This document shows, piece by piece, positions 50,624 through 59,610 of a DNA stretch of 64,000 bases. The notes beneath the pieces are model-generated. The model saw only the letters and a program-made list of their open reading frames with translations, was not told the origin of the DNA and did not search any database. Position 1 is the stretch's first letter; each line of letters starts with the position of its first letter. Origin of the DNA: a bacterium (GTDB lineage: Bacteria > UBA10199 > 2-02-FULL-50-16 > JAJFLM01). Position numbers and translations under genes: made by a program. The stretch is from positions 2,080,001 through 2,144,000 of the forward strand of contig CBDCFN010000016.1 in NCBI GenBank assembly GCA_965216315.1. Direction: 5' to 3'.

Positions 50624-51094
50624 TCAAAGCTGCTGAAACCGATAATTGGTGAGCGACTGGATAGCCCCTTGCATCAGATTATGCGCGTAACGGGCCACTG
50701 CATCGCCTAAATCAACCTCGTCGAACACGTGGGCCATACCTTCCAAGCTCGCGACGAGTTCGTCCCCGCCGTCATCGACCCAGTTGTACGCATCAATGGC
50801 CCAAGCCCAGTCTTCCAGCGCCCGCTCCCGCGCTTGCTTGGCGCGATCAATCCGTTGTTCCAACTCCTGACTATAGATGCGCATTCCCGCATCGTGCCGG
50901 ACATCGCGATCCTGGATGTCTTTGACCTGTCCACAGGTCGTGAGGGCCGCCGCCATGCGTATCGATTCCGGCGCTTCACTTTGATCTAATTCATAGTGAG
51001 TCTCCGCATGCGTCACTAATTGTTCGGCACAGCGTTCGGTCTCCAGCTGCTGACAGTTGTTCGCTCCACACATTAATAAGTCTTCAAGTCCCAT
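50624..51094 (-). CDS. Orphan helical hypothetical protein
   Basis: 156-aa ORF with GAGGAG SD. Confidence 0.65.
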   Translation of the reverse strand: MGLEDLLMCGANNCQQLETERCAEQLVTHAETHYELDQSEAPESIRMAAALTTCGQVKDIQDRDVRHDAGMRIYSQELEQRIDRAKQARERALEDWAWAIDAYNWVDDGGDELVASLEGMAHVFDEVDLGDAVARYAHNLMQGAIQSLTNYRFQQL

Positions 51095-51137
51095 AATTAC
51101 TCCTCATCCGGTAATTTAATTACTCTGCAACAGCATT

Positions 51138-51162
51138 ATCGGGTGTTGAATCGGCATCGTTG
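51138..51162 (-). promoter_or_regulatory. sigma28-like promoter (copy 5)
   Basis: GCAAC-N15-CCCGATAA on minus strand. Confidence 0.5.
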
Positions 51163-51289
51163 CGGAATCGAGTGAGGGCACGCTGACAAACGACCCACGA
51201 CGCATGAAGACAAATTAAAACATCAATGATCTAGACTTGTTAGGAAAGGTGTTTTGTGTACCGCAGTGCACTGAAAATGCTTAGCCCCA

Positions 51290-51964
51290 TTACGTAGACC
51301 ATTCGCGCACCAGGATTTGATCGACCCGCAAAGCGTCGCGAACGGCCTGTTGCTGTGCATCGCTCATCGTCGGCCACACGAAGCGGAGTTCGGTAAACGC
51401 CGGGTGGACGCGGGTAAACTTTCTCAAACCCAAACCCCGCCGCAAGTGGCGCACCGCCTGCGGAATGCAGTGTTCCACCGTTTCACCGAAGGCATACGAG
51501 GCGAGGTCACCGGGGATGGCCCAGCCCTTGTCCGCCAAACGTGCCCACACGTGGTCGCTCGCTGCAGCATCCTTGACCGGATCGACGTCGGCATAAAACA
51601 CCAGAGAGCGCTCGAACAAGAGTTTATGGAGACCGCTCATCAAGCGCTCATAATGCGGCTCAAAGCCTGTGTCGAGAAAACGCAGCGCTCCCCGTTCGAA
51701 CGGTAAAAACGTGAGCAGGACTTCCCGGCCCTTGATCGCGGCGGCGCGTTCCAGATAGGCTGGGACCAGGCGCGGGTACAGTTGGAGATGAAATTCGATT
51801 TCACGCCGGTCGACATACATGAAACCGTTTGCCCAGCCACCGTGCGCGGCGTGTTCCGACTCGGGCACCAAGCGCTCATCCGTCCCCGAAAAGGCATTAA
51901 ACAGCGGATGGATCAGGAAATGAATCCCCTGCAGAGGTATCAAGTTGGTGGCTGACACGTTCAT
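51290..51964 (-). CDS. Orphan protein, possibly divergent cysteine-hydrolase (isochorismatase-like) fold; start revised to ATG 51964
   Basis: FLIHP..AFGETVEHCI resembles the G-x5-C nucleophile loop; weak. Confidence 0.5.
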   Translation of the reverse strand: MNVSATNLIPLQGIHFLIHPLFNAFSGTDERLVPESEHAAHGGWANGFMYVDRREIEFHLQLYPRLVPAYLERAAAIKGREVLLTFLPFERGALRFLDTGFEPHYERLMSGLHKLLFERSLVFYADVDPVKDAAASDHVWARLADKGWAIPGDLASYAFGETVEHCIPQAVRHLRRGLGLRKFTRVHPAFTELRFVWPTMSDAQQQAVRDALRVDQILVREWST

Positions 51965-51973
51965 GGTCGACCT

Positions 51974-51997
51974 ATCGGTGCCGCTGAAAGAAAGTTG
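51974..51997 (-). promoter_or_regulatory. sigma28-like promoter (copy 6), leaderless geometry
   Basis: CAAC-N14-ACCGAT, 9 nt before ATG 51964. Confidence 0.62.
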
Positions 51998-52071
51998 CGG
52001 GCTGCGTGGGGGCCGATTTTGCGCTACCAATTGCAGCACATCCGTGTTGAAATGCCAGGCAAGGAGATCCC

Positions 52072-53025
52072 ATGCAACGATATATCCGGCTGACAACACT
52101 GACCGCACTCGTCATACTGTTCACGACTCCGGCGGGCCGGGCGGCGGACAAGCCCGGCAGCAAAGACCATCCGCTGGTTTCACGCTACGAAGGATCCGAG
52201 ATCATTGACTACAGTTACGAAGCCTTTGATGACTATCAGTTGTTGATCGGCCCGGCCAAGCAATCCGGCAAGGCCAAGAATCCGGAAGCTCTCAAGCCAC
52301 TGGAAGGCAAGGTCACCCAAGTCACGTATCGCGGGCCTGCCGACCGCTCGGCCCTGGAGATCTTTCGCAACTACGTTAATGAACTGAAAAAAAACGGTTT
52401 TACGGAACTCTTTAGCTGCGCCACGGATGCTTGCGGCGGCAATAGTTTCAGTTATACCGTCGTCACCACGACGCCGATGGTCGGAGTTTATCAGGACCAG
52501 CGTTACTTTGCCGGCCGCCTCAAACGCGACGCCGGCGACGTCTTTGTTTCCCTCTACATTAATCACAACAAGGCTAGCGGCAGCAAGCATGCCAACATTA
52601 AATTGGACGTCATCGAGGTCGCTCCGATGCAAACGGGCATGGTCACGGTCGACGCGGAGGCCATGGCCAAGGAGATTCTCAAAGAGGGGCACATTGCACT
52701 CTACGGCATCTACTTTGATACCGACAAGGCCGACATCAAACCCAAGTCAAAACCCACGCTCGATGAAATCAACAAACTGCTCACGACCAATCCCACATTA
52801 AAACTCGTCATTGTCGGCCACACGGATAATCAAGGCGGCTACGAGTACAACATGGATCTTTCTAAACGGCGTGCTCAGGCCGTACAGAATGCGTTGGTTT
52901 CCACCTACAAAGTAGGCGCCACACGTCTCCAGGCATGGGGCGCGGGTTACCTGGCCCCCGTCGCGTCCAACAAGAGCGAGGCCGGCCGCGCCAAAAACCG
53001 GCGGGTGGAGTTGGTGGAGCAATAA
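52072..53025 (+). CDS. OmpA-family peptidoglycan-binding protein with DUF4892-like N-domain
   Basis: Signal peptide; DHPLVSRYEGS; IYFDTDK, GHTDN, LSKRRA, NRRVE. Confidence 0.88.
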   Translation: MQRYIRLTTLTALVILFTTPAGRAADKPGSKDHPLVSRYEGSEIIDYSYEAFDDYQLLIGPAKQSGKAKNPEALKPLEGKVTQVTYRGPADRSALEIFRNYVNELKKNGFTELFSCATDACGGNSFSYTVVTTTPMVGVYQDQRYFAGRLKRDAGDVFVSLYINHNKASGSKHANIKLDVIEVAPMQTGMVTVDAEAMAKEILKEGHIALYGIYFDTDKADIKPKSKPTLDEINKLLTTNPTLKLVIVGHTDNQGGYEYNMDLSKRRAQAVQNALVSTYKVGATRLQAWGAGYLAPVASNKSEAGRAKNRRVELVEQ

Positions 53026-53162
53026 GGACAGGGCTCGCCGGCGCCATCCGCTTACGAAAAAAAGTTGAAGGCCCCTCACAATTTACTACTCATTTCGGCC
53101 GAAAACACATATGAGGACTCGCGGCTCATAAGGAGTCATTACATCACCTGAGGCAAAGCAAC

Positions 53163-55034
53163 ATGGTCAAACGTCTCGCTGTCAAGACCCTGGGTCCGGT
53201 GTCGGACCTGGAACGGCATCTTCCCGCCGAGTGGTGGAAAACACTCTTTACCTCCCTCTATATAAAGACCGATGGGGATGTCGTCGAAAACGACGAAAAC
53301 ACCGTAAGTGAAGTCGATCTCTTGATCACGGCATGCAAGCTCGAAAATGACATGTCTATTCTCGACCTGTGTTGCGGTCAGGGGCGCCATGTCTTGGAAC
53401 TGGCCCGCCGCGGGTTCAAGCATGTCATCGGCATCGACCGGTCGCGATACCTGACGCGACTCGCCCGCAAACGCGCCCAACAGCAGGGATTGCCGGTACA
53501 GTTTCGCGAAGGTGACGCGCGCCATGTCCGGCTGCCGCAAGATTCGATTGATGTCGTCTGCATGATGGGAAACTCCTTCGGTTATTTTGAACGGGAAGAA
53601 GACGACATTGCCGTGCTCAAGTCGGTTCGCAAAGTCTTAAAATCCAAGGGCCGTCTCGCATTGGATATCGCCGATGGCGAATGGCTGCGCAGCAACTATG
53701 AAAATCGTTCCTGGGAGTGGGTCGACGAAGACCATTTTGTGTGTCGCGAACGCTCCCTTTCCCAAGACAAAGGCCGGATCATTTCCCGGGAGGTCATTGT
53801 ACATGCCGAGCGTGGCGTCATCGCCGACCAATTCTACGCCGAACGCCTGTACGACCGGAAACAGATCACTTCGATCCTCGAAGAACTGGGATTCATGAAA
53901 ATCAGCGTCAACAAGAACGGAGACACTCACTCCACTCGCGGCCAGGATCTGGGCATGATGGCGCACCGGCTCTTTATTACGGCCACCGGTCCGTTCAAGG
54001 AAGCCATCCGTGCCAAAAAACCGGTGACGAAAAAAATCTGCGTGGTCATGGGCGATCCAAGCTTGCCCGACTCGGTTAAAATGAACGGCCACTTTAACAG
54101 CGAAGACATGCAGACGATTTCCAGACTGAAACAGGCCTTGGAACCGCTCGATCATTATCATTTCGATTATCTGGACTCACATGAGGATCTGCTGGCGCGG
54201 CTCCAAAAAAAGCGCCCGAGCCTGGTCTTTAATCTCTGCGATGAAGGCTTTAAAAACCTGGCGACCCAGGAATTGCACGTCCCCGCTCTGCTTGAAATGC
54301 TCAACATTCCCTACACGGGGGCGGGTCCGGCCAGCCTGGGCCTGTGCTATAACAAGGCGATCATCCGTTCGATCGCCAAGGAACTCGATGTGCCGGTACC
54401 GGACGAGACCTACTTTGATCCGTCCGATCAGGCCGCCAATATTCCGTCGATCTTTCCCGCGCTCCTCAAACCCGCATGGGGCGATAGTTCGGAAGGGATC
54501 ACGCAAAATTCCGTCGTGCATAACGCGCAGGAATTGATGAACTACCTGGATTATCTGCGGGATCATTATCCGAACCGGCCGATCCTGATTCAGGAGTACC
54601 TGAGTGGCACCGAATACAGTGTGGGGATCATCGGCAACATCGGCAATTATACCGTACTGCCGTTACTCGAGGTCAATTACTCCAAACTGCCGCCGGAGCT
54701 CCCGCCGATCCTCTCGTATGAATCTAAATGGGATCCGGACTCGCCGTACTGGACGGACATCAGCTACCTGGAAAGCCCGCTCGAAGAAGAGGCCAAACGC
54801 CGCTTGATCGATGATTCGATCAAACTCTTTGAACGCACCGGCTGTCGCGACTATGCCCGCTTCGATTTTCGCGCGGACGTCAACGGCACCATCAAATTAC
54901 TGGAAGTGAATCCGAATCCGGGCTGGTGCTGGGACGGCAAACTGAATCTGATGGCCGGCTTTCAAGGCATGTCGTACGGCGAATTGCTCGCAATGATCCT
55001 CCGCGCCGCCACCGATCGCATCGAAAGCAAATAA
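53163..55034 (+). CDS. SAM methyltransferase fused to a D-Ala-D-Ala-ligase-like ATP-grasp domain
   Basis: LDLCCGQGRH, NSFGYF; VFNLCDE, PYTG, KP..GDSSEGI, EYLSGTEY, RDYARFD, LEVNPNP. Confidence 0.85.
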   Translation: MVKRLAVKTLGPVSDLERHLPAEWWKTLFTSLYIKTDGDVVENDENTVSEVDLLITACKLENDMSILDLCCGQGRHVLELARRGFKHVIGIDRSRYLTRLARKRAQQQGLPVQFREGDARHVRLPQDSIDVVCMMGNSFGYFEREEDDIAVLKSVRKVLKSKGRLALDIADGEWLRSNYENRSWEWVDEDHFVCRERSLSQDKGRIISREVIVHAERGVIADQFYAERLYDRKQITSILEELGFMKISVNKNGDTHSTRGQDLGMMAHRLFITATGPFKEAIRAKKPVTKKICVVMGDPSLPDSVKMNGHFNSEDMQTISRLKQALEPLDHYHFDYLDSHEDLLARLQKKRPSLVFNLCDEGFKNLATQELHVPALLEMLNIPYTGAGPASLGLCYNKAIIRSIAKELDVPVPDETYFDPSDQAANIPSIFPALLKPAWGDSSEGITQNSVVHNAQELMNYLDYLRDHYPNRPILIQEYLSGTEYSVGIIGNIGNYTVLPLLEVNYSKLPPELPPILSYESKWDPDSPYWTDISYLESPLEEEAKRRLIDDSIKLFERTGCRDYARFDFRADVNGTIKLLEVNPNPGWCWDGKLNLMAGFQGMSYGELLAMILRAATDRIESK

Positions 55035-55070
55035 AGCACTTTTTCTCCGCACATTTTTCAGGGACAATTC

Positions 55071-56408
55071 ATGGTAATGCCCCGCTCCGGTTACGAGAAA
55101 AGACGCAAACTCAAACTCATCACGGCCGAAGGCATTTGTTTCAGCACAATGGTCGGTTCCGGGGAGACATATCTACCAGCCTTTGTGCTGGCACTCGGTC
55201 TCGGCGAAGTCTCGGCGGGATTGATCACCACGATTCCGATTGTCGCCGGGGCCTGTCTGCAACTGATCGCCCCCTACATGATCGCCCGTCTTCGGTCCTA
55301 TCGGCGCTGGATTATTTTGTGCACGACTTTACAGGCCTGTAGTTTTTTCCCTTTGATCTGGGGAGCCCTGATCGGAGTCATCAATATAGCGCTTCTCTTT
55401 GCCTGCGCGACACTGTACTGGGCGATGGGCTTGGCGACCGGCCCCGCATGGAACGCATGGATGGAGCGCATTGTGCCCCGGACCGTGCGCCGCAAGTTTT
55501 TTGCTCACCGCACCAGCTATATGCAGATCGCCCTGTTTGCCAGCCTGCTATTGAGCGGGTTGACTCTTCAATACGCCTCGAATCACCACCATGCTGTAAC
55601 GGCTTTTATTATCTTGTTCGGTATCGCCGCATCGGCCCGCCTCCTGTCATCCTATCTGCATTTTCGGATATCCGACAGTCCCTGGGATGAGGCCACGTAC
55701 CGGATAATTCCTTTCTCAGAAATGCTGAACCGCGTGGACCGCGCCAAGGAAATGCGTTTGCTGTTGTTTATCTTATGCATGCAAGCCGCGGTTTATACCG
55801 CAGCTCCGTTCTTCACGCCGTACATGCTACGGCATCTGAAGTTGACTTATGCGCAATTTGTCCTGTTGCTGGCTGCCGCCTTGTTAGCCAAGATAGTCAC
55901 GCTGTGGCTGCTGGGGCACTATGGTCGTAACATGAAGGCACCACGACTGTTAACCGTCGGCAGTTTCGGAATTATTCCCCTGCCCCTTCTTTGGCTGTTT
56001 TCCGAAAACATTTATTACCTGATGGGCCTGCAACTCCTGTCCGGTGGCATCTGGGCCTTCTTTGAGTTGGGGGCCCTTCTACTCACTTTTGAGACCATTC
56101 CCGAACGAGAACGAACCAGCGTGCTGACAGTGTTCAATCTGGGACATGCGATTGCCATGGTACTGGGTTCATTGTTCGGCGGTCTCTTATTGTCCGTATT
56201 TGCCTCACACACATTTGTTTACGGCATCATCTTTCTGGTTTCGACACTCGCACGCGTTATCGTGGTTGTCCTGCTGAAATGGGTCGGCAAAGTCCCGTTG
56301 AGTCCCGGCCCGGTGCAGATTCGCACCCTGGCAGTCCGTCCCTCGCAAGGTAGCATCGACCGACCCTTGATCATGACGGATGAACTAGATAATCCGGCCG
56401 CCGAATAA
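55071..56408 (+). CDS. MFS transporter
   Basis: About 12 TM segments; W..WM..IVP..R..FF motif. Confidence 0.8.
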   Translation: MVMPRSGYEKRRKLKLITAEGICFSTMVGSGETYLPAFVLALGLGEVSAGLITTIPIVAGACLQLIAPYMIARLRSYRRWIILCTTLQACSFFPLIWGALIGVINIALLFACATLYWAMGLATGPAWNAWMERIVPRTVRRKFFAHRTSYMQIALFASLLLSGLTLQYASNHHHAVTAFIILFGIAASARLLSSYLHFRISDSPWDEATYRIIPFSEMLNRVDRAKEMRLLLFILCMQAAVYTAAPFFTPYMLRHLKLTYAQFVLLLAAALLAKIVTLWLLGHYGRNMKAPRLLTVGSFGIIPLPLLWLFSENIYYLMGLQLLSGGIWAFFELGALLLTFETIPERERTSVLTVFNLGHAIAMVLGSLFGGLLLSVFASHTFVYGIIFLVSTLARVIVVVLLKWVGKVPLSPGPVQIRTLAVRPSQGSIDRPLIMTDELDNPAAE

Positions 56409-56434
56409 GACGACACCCTCCGCGGTGCGAACGC

Positions 56435-56632
56435 CTAGTCGCGATGCGGCATCAACTTGTTCAGGGCGAAATAGACCGGGCAAAAGCCGGTGAAGACGCT
56501 GCTGATCAGGAGCGCCCCCACGATCACGGCCAACCAGAGCCACGCACCGCTCACATACATGCCCATCAACACGCTGAACAGGACAATCGCCCCGACGATG
56601 CCGTCATGAATCTGGGTCTTGTCTGCTTTCAT
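56435..56632 (-). CDS. DUF2892 (YgaP-like) small membrane protein
   Basis: Two TMs ending in FTGFCP. Confidence 0.8.
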   Translation of the reverse strand: MKADKTQIHDGIVGAIVLFSVLMGMYVSGAWLWLAVIVGALLISSVFTGFCPVYFALNKLMPHRD

Positions 56633-56687
56633 AACGTTCTCCTCCCCTGATATTGTAAGGCGTCACCACCGAAATGGCGAGCCTGAC

Positions 56688-57692
56688 TTAGATTTTGGCA
56701 TAAACCAGGGTCGGCGGCCCATCCGTCGGCGAGATGTCCACCTCTTTGAACTCGCAGGCATCCAACCAGCTCCGGTAATCGTCTTCACGATAAGAGGCGC
56801 CCTCAGGGGTATGCAACAACATGTTGCAGTTGAAGAGTAAGGAAAACGGATTGCCGGTCCGCGCGTTGTCCAGCACAAAATCGTTGATGACAAGGGTCCC
56901 GCCCGGCTTCAAGGCCCGCTTGATCCGCTTGTACATTTCAATATTGCCCGCCGGACTCAGTTGGTGGGCAATGTGCGAAAAAATGACGAAATCGTAGCGT
57001 CCCTCTCCCAAATCAGTCTCATTGAAGTCTCCATCCTGAGTCGAAAAACGCGCAGCGTGCCCCATTTTTTCCGCGTACTCGCGGGCAACCCGATTGACGT
57101 TGGCCCAGTCCAGCTGAGTCGCCTCAGCTTCGGGATTCTCCCCCAACCAGGTCAGCGAAAACATCCCCGACCCGCCCCCGATATCCAGGATGCGGCAGGC
57201 TCCCGCATCGGCAACCTTGAGCTCGGCCGCGGACTGTTGGGCGCAAGGCACGGTCAGCGGCGCGATCGCCCGCACCAAACCTTCCCAGAAACTATTTTCC
57301 TCGACCGCGGTCACGGCCTCCGCCGGCGCACCGGTCTTGACCGCCTCCGGCAACTGCAGCCAGTCCCCGACAAAATCCTTGTCGAGATGCACGCGGACAA
57401 AGTCCCCCAAATAGGTCGGTTGGCCCTTGACCAGAAACACCCGCCCATCGGGTGTATTGCGATAACTCCCCTGCTCGACCGCCAACAACTTGTAGCCGAC
57501 GAGGGCATCTACCAAGGCCTGCAGACCCCGCGGTGAAAGCCCCGCGCGTTCCGCCAACGCAGCGACGTCGAGACTTTCATCGCCAAGGTGCGTAAAGATT
57601 TCATGTTCCACCGCGGTCGCCAGGGCAAAAGACGCCCAGGCCCCGTGCGCAACGCTCAGAATTTGTCCGGGGTTTGCGGGTGAGTCACTCAT
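56688..57692 (-). CDS. O-methyltransferase family 2 with dimerisation domain; start revised to 57692
   Basis: LDIGGGSG, GDF, SHIAH, ALKPGG; AAGGAGGG SD. Confidence 0.88.
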   Translation of the reverse strand: MSDSPANPGQILSVAHGAWASFALATAVEHEIFTHLGDESLDVAALAERAGLSPRGLQALVDALVGYKLLAVEQGSYRNTPDGRVFLVKGQPTYLGDFVRVHLDKDFVGDWLQLPEAVKTGAPAEAVTAVEENSFWEGLVRAIAPLTVPCAQQSAAELKVADAGACRILDIGGGSGMFSLTWLGENPEAEATQLDWANVNRVAREYAEKMGHAARFSTQDGDFNETDLGEGRYDFVIFSHIAHQLSPAGNIEMYKRIKRALKPGGTLVINDFVLDNARTGNPFSLLFNCNMLLHTPEGASYREDDYRSWLDACEFKEVDISPTDGPPTLVYAKI

Positions 57693-57801
57693 CAACTCCC
57701 TCCTTGTCGCTATCGACATGAATAATGATCAAGAACGAGCTACTGTATCCGACTCGCCGCCAAATTTGAAGTATTGTTTCCCGGCGGCTATCGCACCAAA
57801 C

Positions 57802-57960
57802 TCAATCCAGCGCGCCTTCGTCGCGAAAGCGTTCGTAGATGATGTCGTTTTCCTTCGCCATCAGGTCGCGCAGTTGCGCAAGCATGATCTCGGCCTCCGG
57901 ACGGACTTTTTCGAGCACCTTGTGCGCCCCGCCCTCGACCTCCTCGCCGAGGAAACTCAC
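57802..57960 (-). pseudogene. Probable 3' remnant of a truncated gene
   Basis: Strongly GC3-biased coding-like frame ending ..LMAKENDIIYERFRDEGALD* that abuts the AT-rich TA cassette. Confidence 0.3.
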
Positions 57961-58031
57961 CTCTATCTTGAATGATAATGATGATTGAATGATTCTCCAG
58001 GCACCAGGCGCGAGACAATCTTCTTGCAAAG

Positions 58032-58277
58032 CTAACTCGCCATACGATGCAATAATTCGGAAATCAGGGTTTGATAAGGAACACCGTACTTTTTTGCCTT
58101 ACGCTTGATATTATCGAGATCTGTTTTATTGACACGAATATTGAGAACGGCGTCTTTCTTTCTCGCCTCAATCGATTTGGCAATAGCTTCAAATTCAGCC
58201 TCTCCGACATCTTTGAATTCACCTGCCAACAGATCATCTTCAATGGCTTTTTCTTTTTTACTCATTTTTTTCATCAT
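58032..58277 (-). CDS. Antitoxin, BrnA/CopG-like
   Basis: KKDAVLNIRV..DL..IK.KA..GVPYQTLISELLH. Confidence 0.8.
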   Translation of the reverse strand: MMKKMSKKEKAIEDDLLAGEFKDVGEAEFEAIAKSIEARKKDAVLNIRVNKTDLDNIKRKAKKYGVPYQTLISELLHRMAS

Positions 58278-58531
58278 TACTTCTCTTCTTCATAAAGCTT
58301 TGTGCACTTCCGACTCGGAAATAACGTCTTCAGAAATATCTCATTTTCTGATTCTACAAATGGAACGACCCAAACGTAATCGCGATATTTAAAAAGCATG
58401 ATCTGCTGATTATTCTTCTTTGGGTGTCTTTTGACCGCGATCAACTCACTCTGAATCAACTCATCAAAAGAAACACCCCGCGTTCGCTTGAGCTCCTCAT
58501 TCTTTCTCAAGCTCCACCGTATCGCCTTCAC
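58277..58531 (-). CDS. BrnT-like toxin
   Basis: W..KNEELK.TRGVSF, HP, VPFVE..IFLKT.FPSRK. Confidence 0.8.
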   Translation of the reverse strand: MKAIRWSLRKNEELKRTRGVSFDELIQSELIAVKRHPKKNNQQIMLFKYRDYVWVVPFVESENEIFLKTLFPSRKCTKLYEEEK

Positions 58532-58560
58532 AGGCTGACCCTCATATTAGCGTAATACTT

Positions 58561-58572
58561 TTGTATATACAA
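58561..58572. promoter_or_regulatory. Operator palindrome TTGTATATACAA
   Basis: Perfect 12-bp palindrome identical to the one at 49823-49834. Confidence 0.65.
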
Positions 58573-58610
58573 TAGCCGTGCTGAAGACCGTGACATACCC
58601 ACACGATCAA

Positions 58611-58692
58611 GCAAGCTACATGCCAGGATTAAATTGCTTTAAATTCAATGAGTTAGTTGATTGAAAGCTGAGCGGGGGTTTCATTTTGAGAC
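58611..58692 (-). promoter_or_regulatory. sigma54 promoter cassette (-24/-12, IHF-like site, upstream palindrome)
   Basis: TGGCAT-GTAGC-TTGC (58611-58625); ATTCAATGAGTTA; GTTTCA-TTT-TGAGAC (58678-58692). Confidence 0.6.
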
Positions 58693-58823
58693 GACTGGGA
58701 CTAACAGAGCGCCTCAGTTCCTCCGTCTTGAAGCTGTTTCTGATGATTCTTGAAAAAAATACTCTCAACCTGGAACGAAGTTCGAACCTGGTTCCAAGAT
58801 AATGCGTGACCGCGCAGCCACTT

Positions 58824-58924
58824 GCTGCAAAATGGGACGCCGAGTCTCAATATCGAACTCCCTGCGCCAACATCAGCTAATTATTTCGCTGAATTATAAG
58901 TATATTTTTTGGCATTTCATTTGC
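58824..58924 (+). promoter_or_regulatory. sigma54 promoter cassette with tandem upstream sites
   Basis: GCTGCA-AAA-TGGGAC (58824) and GTCTCA-ATA-TCGAAC (58844); TGGCAT-TTCAT-TTGC (58910-58924). Confidence 0.6.
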
Positions 58925-58944
58925 TTACTAGAAACTCAAAAATA

Positions 58945-59247
58945 ATGATTTCGTCACAGCAAATCGAACATTTAATTATCGTGCTCCGTGGCCAAACGGA
59001 ATGTGCCGATTCCAACTTGAAATTCCAAATTGGAATATCAAGTTCCGGTTGGGGAGGTCGCAGGACACCTCCCTATGCGTTTGCGGAACAAGGAGTCGCG
59101 ATGCTAATGATTCTCTCTCATGAAGAATTGACACGCAAAATTAGGCATCTGGAGAACAAATATGATTCGCAGTTTAAAGTCGTATTTGATGCCATCCGAC
59201 AGTTGATCGAGCCACCCAAAAAGCACAAGCAACGTCTTGGTTTCTAA
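58945..59247 (+). pseudogene. ORF6N-domain DNA-binding protein with two in-frame internal deletions
   Basis: [46 protein letters not shown] retained; the KVMLD..FMFQL and SSVL..KLR segments expected in this family are absent. Confidence 0.7.
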
Positions 59248-59330
59248 TTTGATGGAATTTGCCCACGCTCGTCGAACCCACGGCTAACGCGGAGTTTCGA
59301 TTATCCCTGCCATCAAGATAATAAAACAAC

Positions 59331-59352
59331 AAAGCCCCCATAAGGGGGCTTT
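59331..59352 (-). terminator. Intrinsic terminator downstream of tRNA-Gln
   Basis: AAAGCCCCC-ATAA-GGGGGCTTT followed by a T-rich run on minus strand. Confidence 0.75.
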
Positions 59353-59362
59353 CTGTTGCATG

Positions 59363-59433
59363 CTCGGGGGCAGGGATTCGAACCCCGATACTATGAGTCA
59401 GAGTCATATGTCCTACCGTTAGACGACCCCCGA
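59363..59433 (-). tRNA. tRNA-Gln (CTG), CCA not encoded
   Basis: Acceptor TCGGGGG/CCCCCGA, D arm GTCTAACGGTAGGAC, anticodon arm TATGA-CTCTGAC-TCATA, T loop GTTCGAATC. Confidence 0.95.
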
Positions 59434-59440
59434 ATGAATC

Positions 59441-59465
59441 ATGAGGGGGATTTCATCCCCCTCAT
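59441..59465. repeat. Perfect 11-bp hairpin in the tRNA leader
   Basis: ATGAGGGGGAT-TTC-ATCCCCCTCAT. Confidence 0.6.
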
Positions 59466-59610
59466 CGCCATATTATTTACGACAATTACTGACGCGAGTA
59501 AAGTCCCGCCGAAAGCGCAGCTTCCGGCTTGATGGCTGCTCCCCCGGAATCAAACGAAATTCATACCTCCGTCTTGTTTTTGTTGTTTCTGTGCAGCAGA
59601 CATCCTCGGT

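Noticed and set aside
51965..52108. 48-aa N-terminal extension of the 51290 ORF
   Set aside because: It overlaps the divergent OmpA gene start and the promoter motif; ATG 51964 fits better.
53079..53103. CAAT-N15-GCCGAA before the MTase/ATP-grasp gene
   Set aside because: Mismatches in both boxes and in spacing; not counted in the regulon.
57960..59433. Integrative element at tRNA-Gln
   Set aside because: TA and ORF6N cargo lie next to the tRNA 3' end, but I found no integrase and no duplicated tRNA 3' end (att site).
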